64,000 nucleotides of DNA from Thermoproteota archaeon. Lineage in GTDB: Archaea; Korarchaeota; Korarchaeia; Korarchaeales; Korarchaeaceae. The position numbers and the translations under genes were made by a program. Shown piece after piece: positions 9,710 to 19,451 of this stretch. Location of the stretch: positions 1 through 64,000 of the forward strand of contig JAOZFI010000017.1 of NCBI GenBank assembly GCA_027491395.1, read 5' to 3'. Each line of letters begins with the position of its first letter. Position 1 is the first letter of the stretch. Below the pieces are notes generated by a model. It was not told where the DNA came from. It saw only the letters and a program-made list of their open reading frames with translations, and ran no database searches.

Positions 9710-10447
9710 TTGGGAGCGCTGATGATGATAGCCCCGGGCGTCGAGTACAGGGAAGGTGAAGGTGAACTCTTAGTCCAAGGTGAGAAGGTTATCCCCAGCG
9801 TGAGGAGGTTCTTCGACCTCCTCACGGTCTTGGAGGATCCCAGTGCCCTCAAGGAGGATGGCGACGCGTACTTAATGTACAGGGACCTCCCCCCTCTGAG
9901 AGCGAGATGGGTCCGGTTCGATGTAACGATAATCCCGCCTTGGATGGTCGGAAGGGAGTACGCTAAGACGAAGGGCCACTATCATATGCCTCCCTCGGCG
10001 GGCAGGCCCTCCTACCCTGAGATCTATCAGGTGCACTCCGGAAATGCGATTTACCTCCTCCAGAGGGCAGGTCCCTCGCTCAAGGAGATAGTGGATTTCA
10101 TAGTGGTGAGGGCATCACCGGGAGATGTAGTGGTCATACCACCGAATTACGGACATGTAACAGTTAATCCAGGCGAAGAGACGCTCGTCATGAGTAATCT
10201 GATCTACAGAGGGGTGGAGTCAGATTATGAATCGTATGAGAGGCTCAGAGGAGCTGCCTACTACTACACGATCGACGGATTCATCAGGAACAGATGTTAT
10301 TCCTCGGTACCAGAAATAAGAGAGGGTAAGCCGCTCTGGAGGTCTCAATCAATCGCGATCGATTTCTTAGAGGACGAGAGTTCCTTCTCATGGTTGAAGG
10401 ACGTTGACAGGGCATGCGAGGAGGGATTCCTCGGTGTTCGGTGTTGA
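9710..10447 (+). CDS. pgi: Cupin-type archaeal glucose-6-phosphate isomerase (start may be ATG 9722)
   Basis: EYAKTKGHYH, PEIY, VIPPNYGHVTVN cupin motifs. Confidence 0.85.
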   Translation: MGALMMIAPGVEYREGEGELLVQGEKVIPSVRRFFDLLTVLEDPSALKEDGDAYLMYRDLPPLRARWVRFDVTIIPPWMVGREYAKTKGHYHMPPSAGRPSYPEIYQVHSGNAIYLLQRAGPSLKEIVDFIVVRASPGDVVVIPPNYGHVTVNPGEETLVMSNLIYRGVESDYESYERLRGAAYYYTIDGFIRNRCYSSVPEIREGKPLWRSQSIAIDFLEDESSFSWLKDVDRACEEGFLGVRC

Positions 10448-11069
10448 TCTCCGTGGAGAGGATCTAGTAACCTTCGTTTGGAATTTTCTAAATAGAGAAG
10501 GGGTGATCATGGGGGAGAACGATGTCTTGGAGAGGGTAGCTGGTAAAGGGCTCCTGACATCCCAGAAGGTGACCACCTTCTCCTGCGAGGGACCCACCTA
10601 TGCAGTCCTGAAGTGCCCTTCCTGCGGTGCCAGCGACTTGGAAGAGATGGAGGCCTGGATTCACGTCCCCTGTGGATCGGTGACCTACGAGAAAGGTGTA
10701 TGCCCGAAATGCGGACCTGTTTCAGGTAAAGAACTGGTCTCAATAGGTCCCGTGTACAGGTGCAGATCCTGCGGGATGATAGTCACTTACCCCACGGTGG
10801 AGACCCCCTGCGGGCACCTCACCATTGACAGTTTCGTCATGTATAGATTGACCGAGGAGGGAAAGGACATCATAGGGAAGGTCAGGAGGGAGTTAGAGAG
10901 GCTGCCTGACCCCAAGATAGTCTTGGCTGACCTGAAGGTGACGAGAGTAGAAGCCCTCCTCCTAGATGGACCCACTGGCGTCATCTTGGGAACAAATGAC
11001 GAATATCAGAGGAGGAGAGAGCGGGAACTCTCCGAGCTTGGACTGAGGATCAGGATCTTGGAGATTTAG
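10434..11069 (+). CDS. Multi-zinc-ribbon protein (TackOD1-like metal-binding domain)
   Basis: CPSC, HVPCG, CPKC, CRSC, CGH; GTG 10434 follows GAGGAGG. Confidence 0.6.
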   Translation: MFGVDLRGEDLVTFVWNFLNREGVIMGENDVLERVAGKGLLTSQKVTTFSCEGPTYAVLKCPSCGASDLEEMEAWIHVPCGSVTYEKGVCPKCGPVSGKELVSIGPVYRCRSCGMIVTYPTVETPCGHLTIDSFVMYRLTEEGKDIIGKVRRELERLPDPKIVLADLKVTRVEALLLDGPTGVILGTNDEYQRRRERELSELGLRIRILEI

Positions 11070-12337
11070 GAGGATGGTCTGTACTCCCTTCCTCCTCTGA
11101 TGTGCCCGTACCCTATGAGCCTCCACCTGTTGCCTATCCTAGACGAGATAGCGACCCTCTGGTTGAGCTCAGCCGTGGCGGGTATCCTCAGTAGGAGAGT
11201 CATCTCATCCTCGGGAGTCATGTCCCTGAGCACGGCCGGCACGGTAGCCGTGCCGACGTTCAGCTGTATGAACTCACCCTTGCTGGGTTTCTTGACCTTC
11301 ATCTCCTCCCTAGTACCCACTATCTTCTCGAAGAACTTGGCCTCCACATCCAGCTCAACCCAAGTGGGCGGCAGCTCCCCAGGCATCCCAACTACGTTGC
11401 CCACCATGTTGTCGGCTTTAGTGAGTGCCGGGTCTAAAAGAGTCCCTACACCTATGAGCCCTCCTGGGTAGGCCTCCTCCAAGGGAGTGTTCTCGCTCCT
11501 CAGGCTCACTATCTTGGTCGTGAGCGGGATGAACTTACCGGCCCTGTAGGCTCCGGGCCTTATCTCTATCTCATCGTTCACCCTGAACCTTCCTTGGATG
11601 ATAGTGCCTCCGAGCACGCCACCCACCAGCTTGTCTGGCCTCGTTCCCGGCTTGTTCACATCGAAGGACCTAGCCACGTACATTCTGGGGGGCTTGGTGG
11701 GATCCCTGGGCGGAGGCGTGAATCTCCTCACCATTTCCCTTATCAGATAGCTGATGTTCACCCCATGGAGAGCGGAGACGGGGATTATGGGTGGGATCTC
11801 ATTCAAGTAGCTCCTCAGAAACTCCACAATCTGCTCGTAATTCTTCAGAGCTTCCTCATCACTGACAAGCTCTATCTTAGTCTGAACCACTATGATCTGC
11901 TTGACATCCATTATCTTCAGGGCAACTAAGTGCTCCCTGGTTTGGGGCTGAGGGGCTGGCTCATTGGCTGCGATGACCAGCAAGGCTGCATCCATTAACG
12001 TGGATCCTGCTAGCATAGTGGCCATTAAGGTGTCGTGACCGGGACAGTCCACGAAGGAGACCTTCCTGAGGAGGACCGTCTCCCCTCCGTCTATGGGACA
12101 TCTCTCCATGGTGGTGTAGCACTTGGCATCATCTCCTTCGCATGACTTGCACTTCCTCAGATCGGCGTTGGCGTATCCCAGCTTTATTGTGATACCCCTC
12201 CTCAGCTCCTCGCTGTGTCTCTCGGGCCATATGCCCGTCAGAGCTTGAACTAAGGTGGACTTGCCATGATCCACATGACCAGCAGTCCCTATGTTCATCT
12301 CAGGCTGCAAGACGATCCTGTCGACTTCATTTCCCAT
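11066..12337 (-). CDS. eif2g: Translation initiation factor aIF2 gamma subunit
   Basis: GHVDHGKST, RGITIKLGYA, DCPGH, WRLIGYG. Confidence 0.98.
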   Translation of the reverse strand: MGNEVDRIVLQPEMNIGTAGHVDHGKSTLVQALTGIWPERHSEELRRGITIKLGYANADLRKCKSCEGDDAKCYTTMERCPIDGGETVLLRKVSFVDCPGHDTLMATMLAGSTLMDAALLVIAANEPAPQPQTREHLVALKIMDVKQIIVVQTKIELVSDEEALKNYEQIVEFLRSYLNEIPPIIPVSALHGVNISYLIREMVRRFTPPPRDPTKPPRMYVARSFDVNKPGTRPDKLVGGVLGGTIIQGRFRVNDEIEIRPGAYRAGKFIPLTTKIVSLRSENTPLEEAYPGGLIGVGTLLDPALTKADNMVGNVVGMPGELPPTWVELDVEAKFFEKIVGTREEMKVKKPSKGEFIQLNVGTATVPAVLRDMTPEDEMTLLLRIPATAELNQRVAISSRIGNRWRLIGYGHIRGGREYRPSS

Positions 12338-12347
12338 TGGATCACCT

Positions 12348-12782
12348 TCAGGAGGCCTCGGCTTCCGCCTCCTCCTTCTTCAGCAATTCCTCTAAGGTTT
12401 TCTCCCCGATCTTAACGACTCTTAGGTTTATCTGCTTTATGGCATCGGAGATTATGGCGCCCCTCACTGTCTTAGCCCTCCTCTCTCCCCTCTTCCTAGG
12501 GTGGAACCCTGGTGGTGATGACAGAAGGACCTTCTTCTTTCCCGGTATCTGAAGCGAGGGATGCATCGGGAAGCCGTCCTTGTCGGTCCCACCGGTTATC
12601 TTGAACGTGTATCCTGGTAGGCCAAAGGCGTCTCCACTGATCTCCTCGCCTAGCCTTCTTCCCACGAAGAACCTGATATTATCCTTGGGCAGCTTAACGT
12701 GGAAGGTCTTACCAGTATTGGGATCGCCGATGTCGAGCACGAGGAACTCTTCCTCTACTCTTCTCCTTCTTCTCATCGCCAT
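12348..12782 (-). CDS. rps6e: 30S ribosomal protein S6e
   Basis: KITGGTDKDGFPM, GERRAKTVRG. Confidence 0.97.
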   Translation of the reverse strand: MAMRRRRRVEEEFLVLDIGDPNTGKTFHVKLPKDNIRFFVGRRLGEEISGDAFGLPGYTFKITGGTDKDGFPMHPSLQIPGKKKVLLSSPPGFHPRKRGERRAKTVRGAIISDAIKQINLRVVKIGEKTLEELLKKEEAEAEAS

Positions 12783-12832
12783 GGAATGGAATCACCTTCC
12801 CGAAACTGACCACTTCAGTTATATAAGTTGAA

Positions 12833-14653
12833 CTACTCCGGGGAGCTGGCTCCCCGGGAGTATCTGATCCAGAGGATCCGCCTGTATAGCTCCTTTTCGT
12901 CGTCGCTCATCTTACTGAAGTATATGGAGCGGGCCTTATCGTCCTCAAACTCGGACACCTCAGTGTAAAGCTTCCTGCCCTCCTTGACATTCCTACCTAT
13001 TACTCCGCCCTTTATTGAGATGGCTACCCTCTGCCCAGCCTTAGCTTCGGGTACCCTGTTCCCCTCGTACTGGATGTCCAGTATGGTTCCGACCCTCCTC
13101 CCATTCTCGTTCATCAGGGGATAGCCGGGTCTTATCCTACCTCTAAGGACCTCAACTCCAACGATGGCAGGGTCGCTCCTCCTGAAAATGAAGTCCGGTA
13201 GAACTAAGATTTCAGCCGGGAATACAGCCTGTGAAAGTACTCTCTCCTCCTCCCTCCTCTTTAGCTCCTCCAAGTACTCTTTGAAGCTCTCAATTAGCCT
13301 GTAGATGATGACATCGGTGAATATGGGGATCTTCCTGTCCCCCGCCTCTCTCCTTGCGTCCTCCTTTATCTTCACGTTGAATGCCAGTATCACCGCAAAC
13401 TTCTCCTCCTTCTGCTTTATCACAGCTGCCTCGAACACATCCACTTTGGAGACATCGCCTATGTCGGCCCTCCTTATTGGTACGCCTTCCTTCTGGAGCT
13501 GAGCTATCAAGGCCTCCAGCGTGCCCAACGTGTCTGCCTTGACTATCACACCGATCTTGTCCGTTTTTATGATGATACGCTCTACCTCCTCCTGAACCTC
13601 CTTCTTGACCTCCTCTATCCTCTCCCTATCTCTAACCACATATAGGGGAGATCCGGCGAGCACCTCATCCAAATTAGGTGCGGAGATCATCACTCCAGCA
13701 GCTGCTGAGACCTCATCAACTCTCCTGAACTTCTTCGTTGCCCTCATCTCCTGGAGAGGCTCTGGAACTAGGAGCGCCCTCACCTTCGTCACGACGGGTC
13801 CATTCACACCAGCCACCACTATGGTGTCGTCTTTCCTGAGGACTCCGTCGTAGATTATGGCTGTCAGCACTGTACCCAGTCCCTGCTGCTGCTTGACCTC
13901 AAGTACTGTACCCCTTCCCTCCTCAGTGGTTATCTCCAGCCTGTCCAGCATGAACCTCTGCACGAGTCCTATGAGCATCGTTAAGAGGTCCGGAATGCCC
14001 TCCCCCGTCACCGCACTGGTCGGTACGATGGCGAAGGTCTTAGTGAAGTCTTGGATCCTATCGTACCTGTCGGCGTAGATCCCCAAGGTGGCCAGCTGAT
14101 CCACCACCCTGTAGAGCCTCTTCTCCAACTCGGCCAAAACGGAGGGTGGCTGCTCTCTCTCAGCCAAGATGAAAGGCCTGCCCTCCTCAGACTTCCAGCC
14201 GTACAGAGTGTCTATCTTGTTGAGCGCTATGACGAAGGGAACTTTCCTCTCCTTGAGTATGTTTATGGACTCAATGGTCTGGGGCTGCACCCCCCCGTTT
14301 ATGTCTATCACTAGGATGGCTATGTCCGCTACAGAACCACCCCTCCTCCTCAGGTTGGAGAATACCTCGTGTCCGGGCAGGTCTATGAAGAGCAAACCTC
14401 CGGTCTTTATCTCGAACTTAAGGTTGAGGGCTCTCATCACGGGCTCGCATATCTCGTAGATCACATCGGTAGGTATCTCGGAAGCCCCCACATGCTGGGT
14501 TATCGAGCCCGGCTCCTTAGCCGCCACCCTGGTCCTCCTGATGTAGTCCAGAAGGGTGGTCTTACCCGAATCCACGTGGCCTAGAACAGATACTAGGGGC
14601 TGCCTGTACCTCTTCTCCTTATCCCCCTTATCCTTACCGTCCTTCTTGGGCAA
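12833..14653 (-). CDS. infB: Translation initiation factor aIF5B (IF-2)
   Basis: RQP-V-VLGHVDSGKT, ITQHVGA, DLPGH, KADTLGTLEA. Confidence 0.98.
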   Translation of the reverse strand: MPKKDGKDKGDKEKRYRQPLVSVLGHVDSGKTTLLDYIRRTRVAAKEPGSITQHVGASEIPTDVIYEICEPVMRALNLKFEIKTGGLLFIDLPGHEVFSNLRRRGGSVADIAILVIDINGGVQPQTIESINILKERKVPFVIALNKIDTLYGWKSEEGRPFILAEREQPPSVLAELEKRLYRVVDQLATLGIYADRYDRIQDFTKTFAIVPTSAVTGEGIPDLLTMLIGLVQRFMLDRLEITTEEGRGTVLEVKQQQGLGTVLTAIIYDGVLRKDDTIVVAGVNGPVVTKVRALLVPEPLQEMRATKKFRRVDEVSAAAGVMISAPNLDEVLAGSPLYVVRDRERIEEVKKEVQEEVERIIIKTDKIGVIVKADTLGTLEALIAQLQKEGVPIRRADIGDVSKVDVFEAAVIKQKEEKFAVILAFNVKIKEDARREAGDRKIPIFTDVIIYRLIESFKEYLEELKRREEERVLSQAVFPAEILVLPDFIFRRSDPAIVGVEVLRGRIRPGYPLMNENGRRVGTILDIQYEGNRVPEAKAGQRVAISIKGGVIGRNVKEGRKLYTEVSEFEDDKARSIYFSKMSDDEKELYRRILWIRYSRGASSPE

Positions 14654-14683
14654 TTAGAGTCACCGTGGGATAGAAGGAGGGTT

Positions 14684-14878
14684 CTACTTCCCCTCCTTCT
14701 TGGGCTTCTTCCTGACCCACTTAACTTTCTTGGGGTTCCTACCCAGTTTGAGGTAGTTCTTGGCGCACTTGGAGGAACAGAAGTATAGGATGGTACCGTC
14801 GGCCTTCACGTACATCCAGCCGTGTCCGGGCTCGACATCGCTACCGCAGAACGCACACTTCTTCAGCAGTATGGACAT
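14684..14878 (-). CDS. rpl24e: 50S ribosomal protein L24e
   Basis: [23 protein letters not shown]. Confidence 0.97.
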   Translation of the reverse strand: MSILLKKCAFCGSDVEPGHGWMYVKADGTILYFCSSKCAKNYLKLGRNPKKVKWVRKKPKKEGK

Positions 14879-14882
14879 TCTA

Positions 14883-15101
14883 TCACCTCGGCTTCAGCTT
14901 CCTAGCCTCCATCTCGGTCTCTCTAAGGATTAGTATGTCCCCTATCCTAACTGGGCCCTTGACGTTCCTAGTCAGTACCCTTCCCCTGTCCTTCCCGACG
15001 AGGATCTTGGCTCTGACCTGTATGACATCTCCAGCTACGCCCGTGCGGCCTATTATCTCGACTACCTCGGCCGGGTATCCCTTGTCCGCCTCTTGGGACA
15101 T
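14883..15101 (-). CDS. rps28e: 30S ribosomal protein S28e
   Basis: [25 protein letters not shown]. Confidence 0.98.
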   Translation of the reverse strand: MSQEADKGYPAEVVEIIGRTGVAGDVIQVRAKILVGKDRGRVLTRNVKGPVRIGDILILRETEMEARKLKPR

Positions 15102-15144
15102 TCAATCACCTTCAGAAAGGAGTGGGGTGAGCATGTTTTTTAAA

Positions 15145-15543
15145 CTACTCGGTTCCTCCAGTCCCCCTGACCTCCTTTATCTTCTCTATGAGTGCTTCCA
15201 AGAGGCTCTTGGCCTGCCCGGCATCCACCACAGCGACTGAGGATGCGGGAACTTCTATACCAGCGGCCTTTCCCAATTCCTCCTTGCTCGGGACGTAGGC
15301 GTAGGGGACCCCCTTGTCGTCGCACAGCAGCGGCAGGTGAGCCACTATCTCAGGGGGATTCACGTCCTCAGCTATGACCACGAAGAGGGCCTCACCCCTC
15401 TCCACAGCCTTAGTGGTCTCGTTGACGCCCTTCCTGACCTTACCACCAGTCTCCCTAGCGGTCTGAACTAACTCGAGTATCTTGGGAACGAGGTCATCAG
15501 GGACCTCAAACTTCACATAGAAGGGTTTGTCCTGAGCCGTCAT
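15145..15543 (-). CDS. rpl7ae: 50S ribosomal protein L7Ae
   Basis: [28 protein letters not shown]. Confidence 0.98.
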   Translation of the reverse strand: MTAQDKPFYVKFEVPDDLVPKILELVQTARETGGKVRKGVNETTKAVERGEALFVVIAEDVNPPEIVAHLPLLCDDKGVPYAYVPSKEELGKAAGIEVPASSVAVVDAGQAKSLLEALIEKIKEVRGTGGTE

Positions 15544-15573
15544 CCTTCATTCCCCAGAGGAGGCCGGGGAGTG

Positions 15574-16656
15574 TCATATAAAAATATGCCTCTCATTCGC
15601 TAGGGTCTTCAATGGACCCGTCAGCAGGTATTTCTTGGTCAATCTGAGCTGGTTTACTGTGAGAGACCCCGTGAGGAACGCGGCGAGCTTCATCTCGAAA
15701 ATAAATTTATTTAACTCGTCCCTGACGCCGTCACTCCCCTCCTCCACCGCGCGTATGAAGAAGGGACGGGCAGCACCAGCCATGTGGGCGCCCAAGGCCA
15801 AGCATTTGGCGGCATCCAGACCGGACCTGACCCCTCCGGAGCCTATGACTTTGACGCTGAGGGTGGAGACCTCCATTACCGCAAGAGGGGTGGGTAACCC
15901 CCAGTCAGCGAACCTCCTCGAGGCAACCCATCTAACGGATCCTTCAGGGGATCTCTCTCCCTCTATTAGAGACCAACTCGTCCCCCCCTGTCCGGCCACA
16001 TCTATTATCCTAACGCCGGCCCTCTTCAGGACTATCGCGGCCTCCTTGGATATCCCTGAACCAACCTCCTTCACTATAACCGGGACATCTAACTCCCTTG
16101 TCACATCCCTTATCGCCGCCAAAGATCCCGTGAAATCTACTGATCCCTCAGGTTGTATTACCTCCTGTAGGGGATTGAGGTGGATCGCTAGAGCATCGGC
16201 ATCTATCATATCGACCGCTCTCTTCGCGTTGTCCGGTCCCTCATCTCCTATGACGTGGGATATACCCAAGTTGGCTATGACGGGCACCTCTGTGGCCGTC
16301 TCCCTGACTATAGAGTAGGTCCTTACGAGGTCCTCATTTCTCAAAGCTGCTCTCTGACTGCCAACCCCTATGGCGACTCCCTCAGCTTGGGCTGCCTCAG
16401 CTAGAGCCCTATTTATAGATAAAGTCGCCTCGTGACCGCCAGTCATTCCCTCTATAAGTAGGGGAGCCTTCAGCTCGTATCCCAAGAACTTCCAGGAGAG
16501 ATCAACATCGTCAAAGGAGGCATCCGGTAAGGGATTGTGGAGGAGCCTCACATGCTCGAACCAAGAGCTGGTGGTACTAAGGTCGATGTCGTCCCTCTTA
16601 GCTATCATTATGTGCTCGATTTTACGCTGAGAGGTTTCCTCAGGATTATCAATCAT
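15574..16656 (-). CDS. fni: Type 2 isopentenyl-diphosphate isomerase
   Basis: RKIEHI, MTGG, GSQRA, HLNPLQE..QPEG, KEVGSG. Confidence 0.97.
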   Translation of the reverse strand: MIDNPEETSQRKIEHIMIAKRDDIDLSTTSSWFEHVRLLHNPLPDASFDDVDLSWKFLGYELKAPLLIEGMTGGHEATLSINRALAEAAQAEGVAIGVGSQRAALRNEDLVRTYSIVRETATEVPVIANLGISHVIGDEGPDNAKRAVDMIDADALAIHLNPLQEVIQPEGSVDFTGSLAAIRDVTRELDVPVIVKEVGSGISKEAAIVLKRAGVRIIDVAGQGGTSWSLIEGERSPEGSVRWVASRRFADWGLPTPLAVMEVSTLSVKVIGSGGVRSGLDAAKCLALGAHMAGAARPFFIRAVEEGSDGVRDELNKFIFEMKLAAFLTGSLTVNQLRLTKKYLLTGPLKTLANERHIFI

Positions 16657-17501
16657 CTCGCGAACACCACCGAAGCGTAGCCCACCACGAAGGACCTGTC
16701 GCCACTCGCCTCAGCGCTGGTGGAGTACCTCACGAGCTCGCCTTTCTCAACACCCTTCAACTTCGCGAAGGTTATGGCCACTGAGGCAGGTCCTGGACCA
16801 CACATGGAAACATCTAGCTCGAACAGAATCCTGAATAATCTCTCCACATCCATGTCCAAGATCGCCTCCAACGCGGCCATATCCCTTCTCCTCGCCTCCT
16901 CCTCTGGCAGATAATGGGACATGTCTGAAGAGGCTACCACCACGACATCCCTCTTCAGAAATTCGGAGGCGAGACCTATGGCCTTCCCTAGAGATGCAGC
17001 TGAGGAGGGATCTTGAATGCCCATAGCAATGGGGACTATCTTGGGCGAGCCGTATATCGCCTGTAAGAACGGTATCTGAACCTCTATGGAGTGCTCTGAC
17101 ATGTGAGCTAGGTCATCAAACTCCAGATCCTCGAAGTACTCTTTAATGGCTAGAGCGAGCTCCTTATCAACTTCAACTCTGCCCAAAGGTGTCTCCCAGT
17201 AATCTGCATTAGAAACGGAGAACGCGGCACCAAGTCCCGTGTGATTCGGGCCTAAAATGACAAATGTCTCGGGAACCCCGTCCCTAGCCAAGACTGAGTA
17301 TCCAGCAGCTGCCGTCCTCCCCGAGTATATGTATCCGGCGTGGGGCGATATCAGAGAGGCTATCCTCCTCTCCCCGGATGGATTCGGTGAGGGAATCCCG
17401 CTCTCTCCAATGCTCAGGAACAACTCCCTTAACAGGGAAAGGAGATCATACGGATCGGAGGGGTAAAAAGAGCCAGCGACGGCTGGCCTTCTGGCCTCCA
17501 A
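16653..17501 (-). CDS. MEMO1-family protein (AmmeMemoRadiSam protein B)
   Basis: AVAGSFYP, PHAGYIYSG, GPNH, EHSIEVQ, SSDMSHY, MCG. Confidence 0.95.
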   Translation of the reverse strand: MEARRPAVAGSFYPSDPYDLLSLLRELFLSIGESGIPSPNPSGERRIASLISPHAGYIYSGRTAAAGYSVLARDGVPETFVILGPNHTGLGAAFSVSNADYWETPLGRVEVDKELALAIKEYFEDLEFDDLAHMSEHSIEVQIPFLQAIYGSPKIVPIAMGIQDPSSAASLGKAIGLASEFLKRDVVVVASSDMSHYLPEEEARRRDMAALEAILDMDVERLFRILFELDVSMCGPGPASVAITFAKLKGVEKGELVRYSTSAEASGDRSFVVGYASVVFAR

Positions 17502-17507
17502 ATAGTT

Positions 17508-18161
17508 TCACCTGAGGCCCATTATCCTGGTGGCGAAGTCCTCGTAGCTCTCCTCGAGATCACCGTCGGGAGGTATGTCTCCCCTGTTCCTGAGGACCTC
17601 CCTTGTTAGGAGCCAGTAGACAAGGGCTAATGCCCTCCTTCCTTTATTGTTGGCGGGTATCGCCAAGTCTATGTTTTCTAGCGTATTGTCGGCGTCCACT
17701 AGGGCCACCACGGGTATGCCCAGCTTGACGGATTCGACGTGAATCTGCCTGTCCACCCTAGGATCGGACAGGAGCACGACATCGGGCTCCAAGTGGAGGG
17801 GCGCCTGGGGGTTGGTTAGGGTACCAGGGAGTATCCTCCCGGTTATGTAAGTGGCACCGGTATATTCGGCGAACTTTCTCACGGGCTTGAATCCATAGAT
17901 CCTAGCTGAAACGGCAAGTATCTTTTCTGGCTCGAACCTAGCCAAGAACTTACCCGCAACCCTAATCCTCTCGTCCAGCTTCTTTATGTCTATCATGCAC
18001 AGGCCGTCTGGTCTCACCTTGTAGATGAACTTCTCCATGTCCTTCGTCCGTATCCTAGTGCCCACGTGGACACCTGCAGACAGGTACTTCTGCTTCGGTA
18101 TCAGCAGATCCTTATCCTCCACTGGGGGTACATTGGAGAGACTCATATCATCATATCCCAT
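17508..18161 (-). CDS. rps2: 30S ribosomal protein S2
   Basis: [28 protein letters not shown]; ATG 18161 after GGTGAT. Confidence 0.97.
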   Translation of the reverse strand: MGYDDMSLSNVPPVEDKDLLIPKQKYLSAGVHVGTRIRTKDMEKFIYKVRPDGLCMIDIKKLDERIRVAGKFLARFEPEKILAVSARIYGFKPVRKFAEYTGATYITGRILPGTLTNPQAPLHLEPDVVLLSDPRVDRQIHVESVKLGIPVVALVDADNTLENIDLAIPANNKGRRALALVYWLLTREVLRNRGDIPPDGDLEESYEDFATRIMGLR

Positions 18162-18165
18162 TTGA

Positions 18166-18369
18166 TCACCTCTCCATAACCGGGGTGAAGGACAGCTCCA
18201 GCTCGGCAAGATCTATGTGGCTTATGAACATCCTCCGGCAGCAGTATCGGGTCACACCTAGGGAGTCCAGCACCTTACTCGGATCCTCCCCGGACATGAC
18301 CCTCCGGGAGAACTCTTCCCACTTATCCCCTATCACGCTGCCGCAGGTGAAGCACCTCACCGGGAACAT
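18166..18369 (-). CDS. rpoN: RNA polymerase subunit N (Rpo10)
   Basis: PVRCFTCG...RYCCRRM. Confidence 0.98.
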   Translation of the reverse strand: MFPVRCFTCGSVIGDKWEEFSRRVMSGEDPSKVLDSLGVTRYCCRRMFISHIDLAELELSFTPVMER

Positions 18370-18464
18370 ATCCTGACCTCGGCTGGGTATGACCTACTGA
18401 GGTTATTAAATTATGCCGTTAGGGGAGTTCCTGAAGGGAATGTTCCTAGGGAGGTTGATGGGAA

Positions 18465-19451
18465 ATGGCGTTCGAGCTTTGGATAGAGAAGTACAGGCCG
18501 AGGACCCTGGATGACATAGTGGATCAGGAGGATGTCATCCGGGCCCTTAAAGGTTTTGTGGAGAAGAGGTCCATGCCGCACCTTCTCTTCGCAGGTCCTG
18601 CTGGGACTGGAAAGACCACTACCGCCTTGGCCCTAGCTCACGACATCTACGGTTCCGAAGAGCTCCTAAGGGCCAACTACATGGAGCTCAACGCGAGCGA
18701 TGAGAGGGGCATCGACACCATAAGGACGAAGATAAAGGACTTCGCCAAGACGGCGCCCTTTGGCGATGTCCCATTCAAAATAATACACCTTGATGAGGCG
18801 GACAGCCTCACGGCCGACGCTCAGCACGCCCTCAGAAGGATAATGGAGATGTATTCTGCCACCACGAGGTTCATTCTGGCCTGCAACTACTCCTCCAAGA
18901 TAATAGAGCCTATTCAGTCGAGATGCGCGGTCTTCAGATTCGGCCCTATACCGGAGGAGGCTGTCAGGGAGAGGCTCTTGATGATAGCTGAGAAGGAGGG
19001 TGTGAAGTACACCGAAGAGGGCATATCAGCCATTGTATATGTGGCAGAGGGAGACCTCAGGAGAGCCATCAACCTGCTGCAGACCGCTTCGGCTATGGCG
19101 GACGAGGTGGATGCCAAGGTCGTTTACAGGGTAGCGGGTCTCGCCCATCCCGAGGAGGTGAGAGGGATGATAAACGCTGCACTGAAGGGGAGGTTCATCG
19201 CCGCTAGGGACATGCTTAGGAACCTCATGATAAACTACGGGATGTCCGCTCAGGACGTTATCAAGCAGCTGAACAGGGAGATCATAGCCAGCAAGTCCAT
19301 TCCAGATAATATGAAGGCTCAGCTCATGGTGTTCCTCAGTGAGGTCGACTTTAGGGTGACCGAAGGCGCCCACGGGGATGTCCAGCTTGCGGCCATGTTA
19401 GCCAAGCTGGTAGAGCTAGGTGAGTCCCATGGCGGACCTTCCTTGGACTGA
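18465..19451 (+). CDS. rfcS: Replication factor C small subunit
   Basis: WIEKYRP, GPAGTGKT, ELNASDERG, DEAD, IQSRC; no intein. Confidence 0.98.
   Translation: MAFELWIEKYRPRTLDDIVDQEDVIRALKGFVEKRSMPHLLFAGPAGTGKTTTALALAHDIYGSEELLRANYMELNASDERGIDTIRTKIKDFAKTAPFGDVPFKIIHLDEADSLTADAQHALRRIMEMYSATTRFILACNYSSKIIEPIQSRCAVFRFGPIPEEAVRERLLMIAEKEGVKYTEEGISAIVYVAEGDLRRAINLLQTASAMADEVDAKVVYRVAGLAHPEEVRGMINAALKGRFIAARDMLRNLMINYGMSAQDVIKQLNREIIASKSIPDNMKAQLMVFLSEVDFRVTEGAHGDVQLAAMLAKLVELGESHGGPSLD

Noticed and set aside
15544-15573. L7Ae autoregulatory K-turn in the rpl7ae leader
   Set aside because: A small CCCC/GGGG hairpin exists but I cannot place the tandem G-A pairs.
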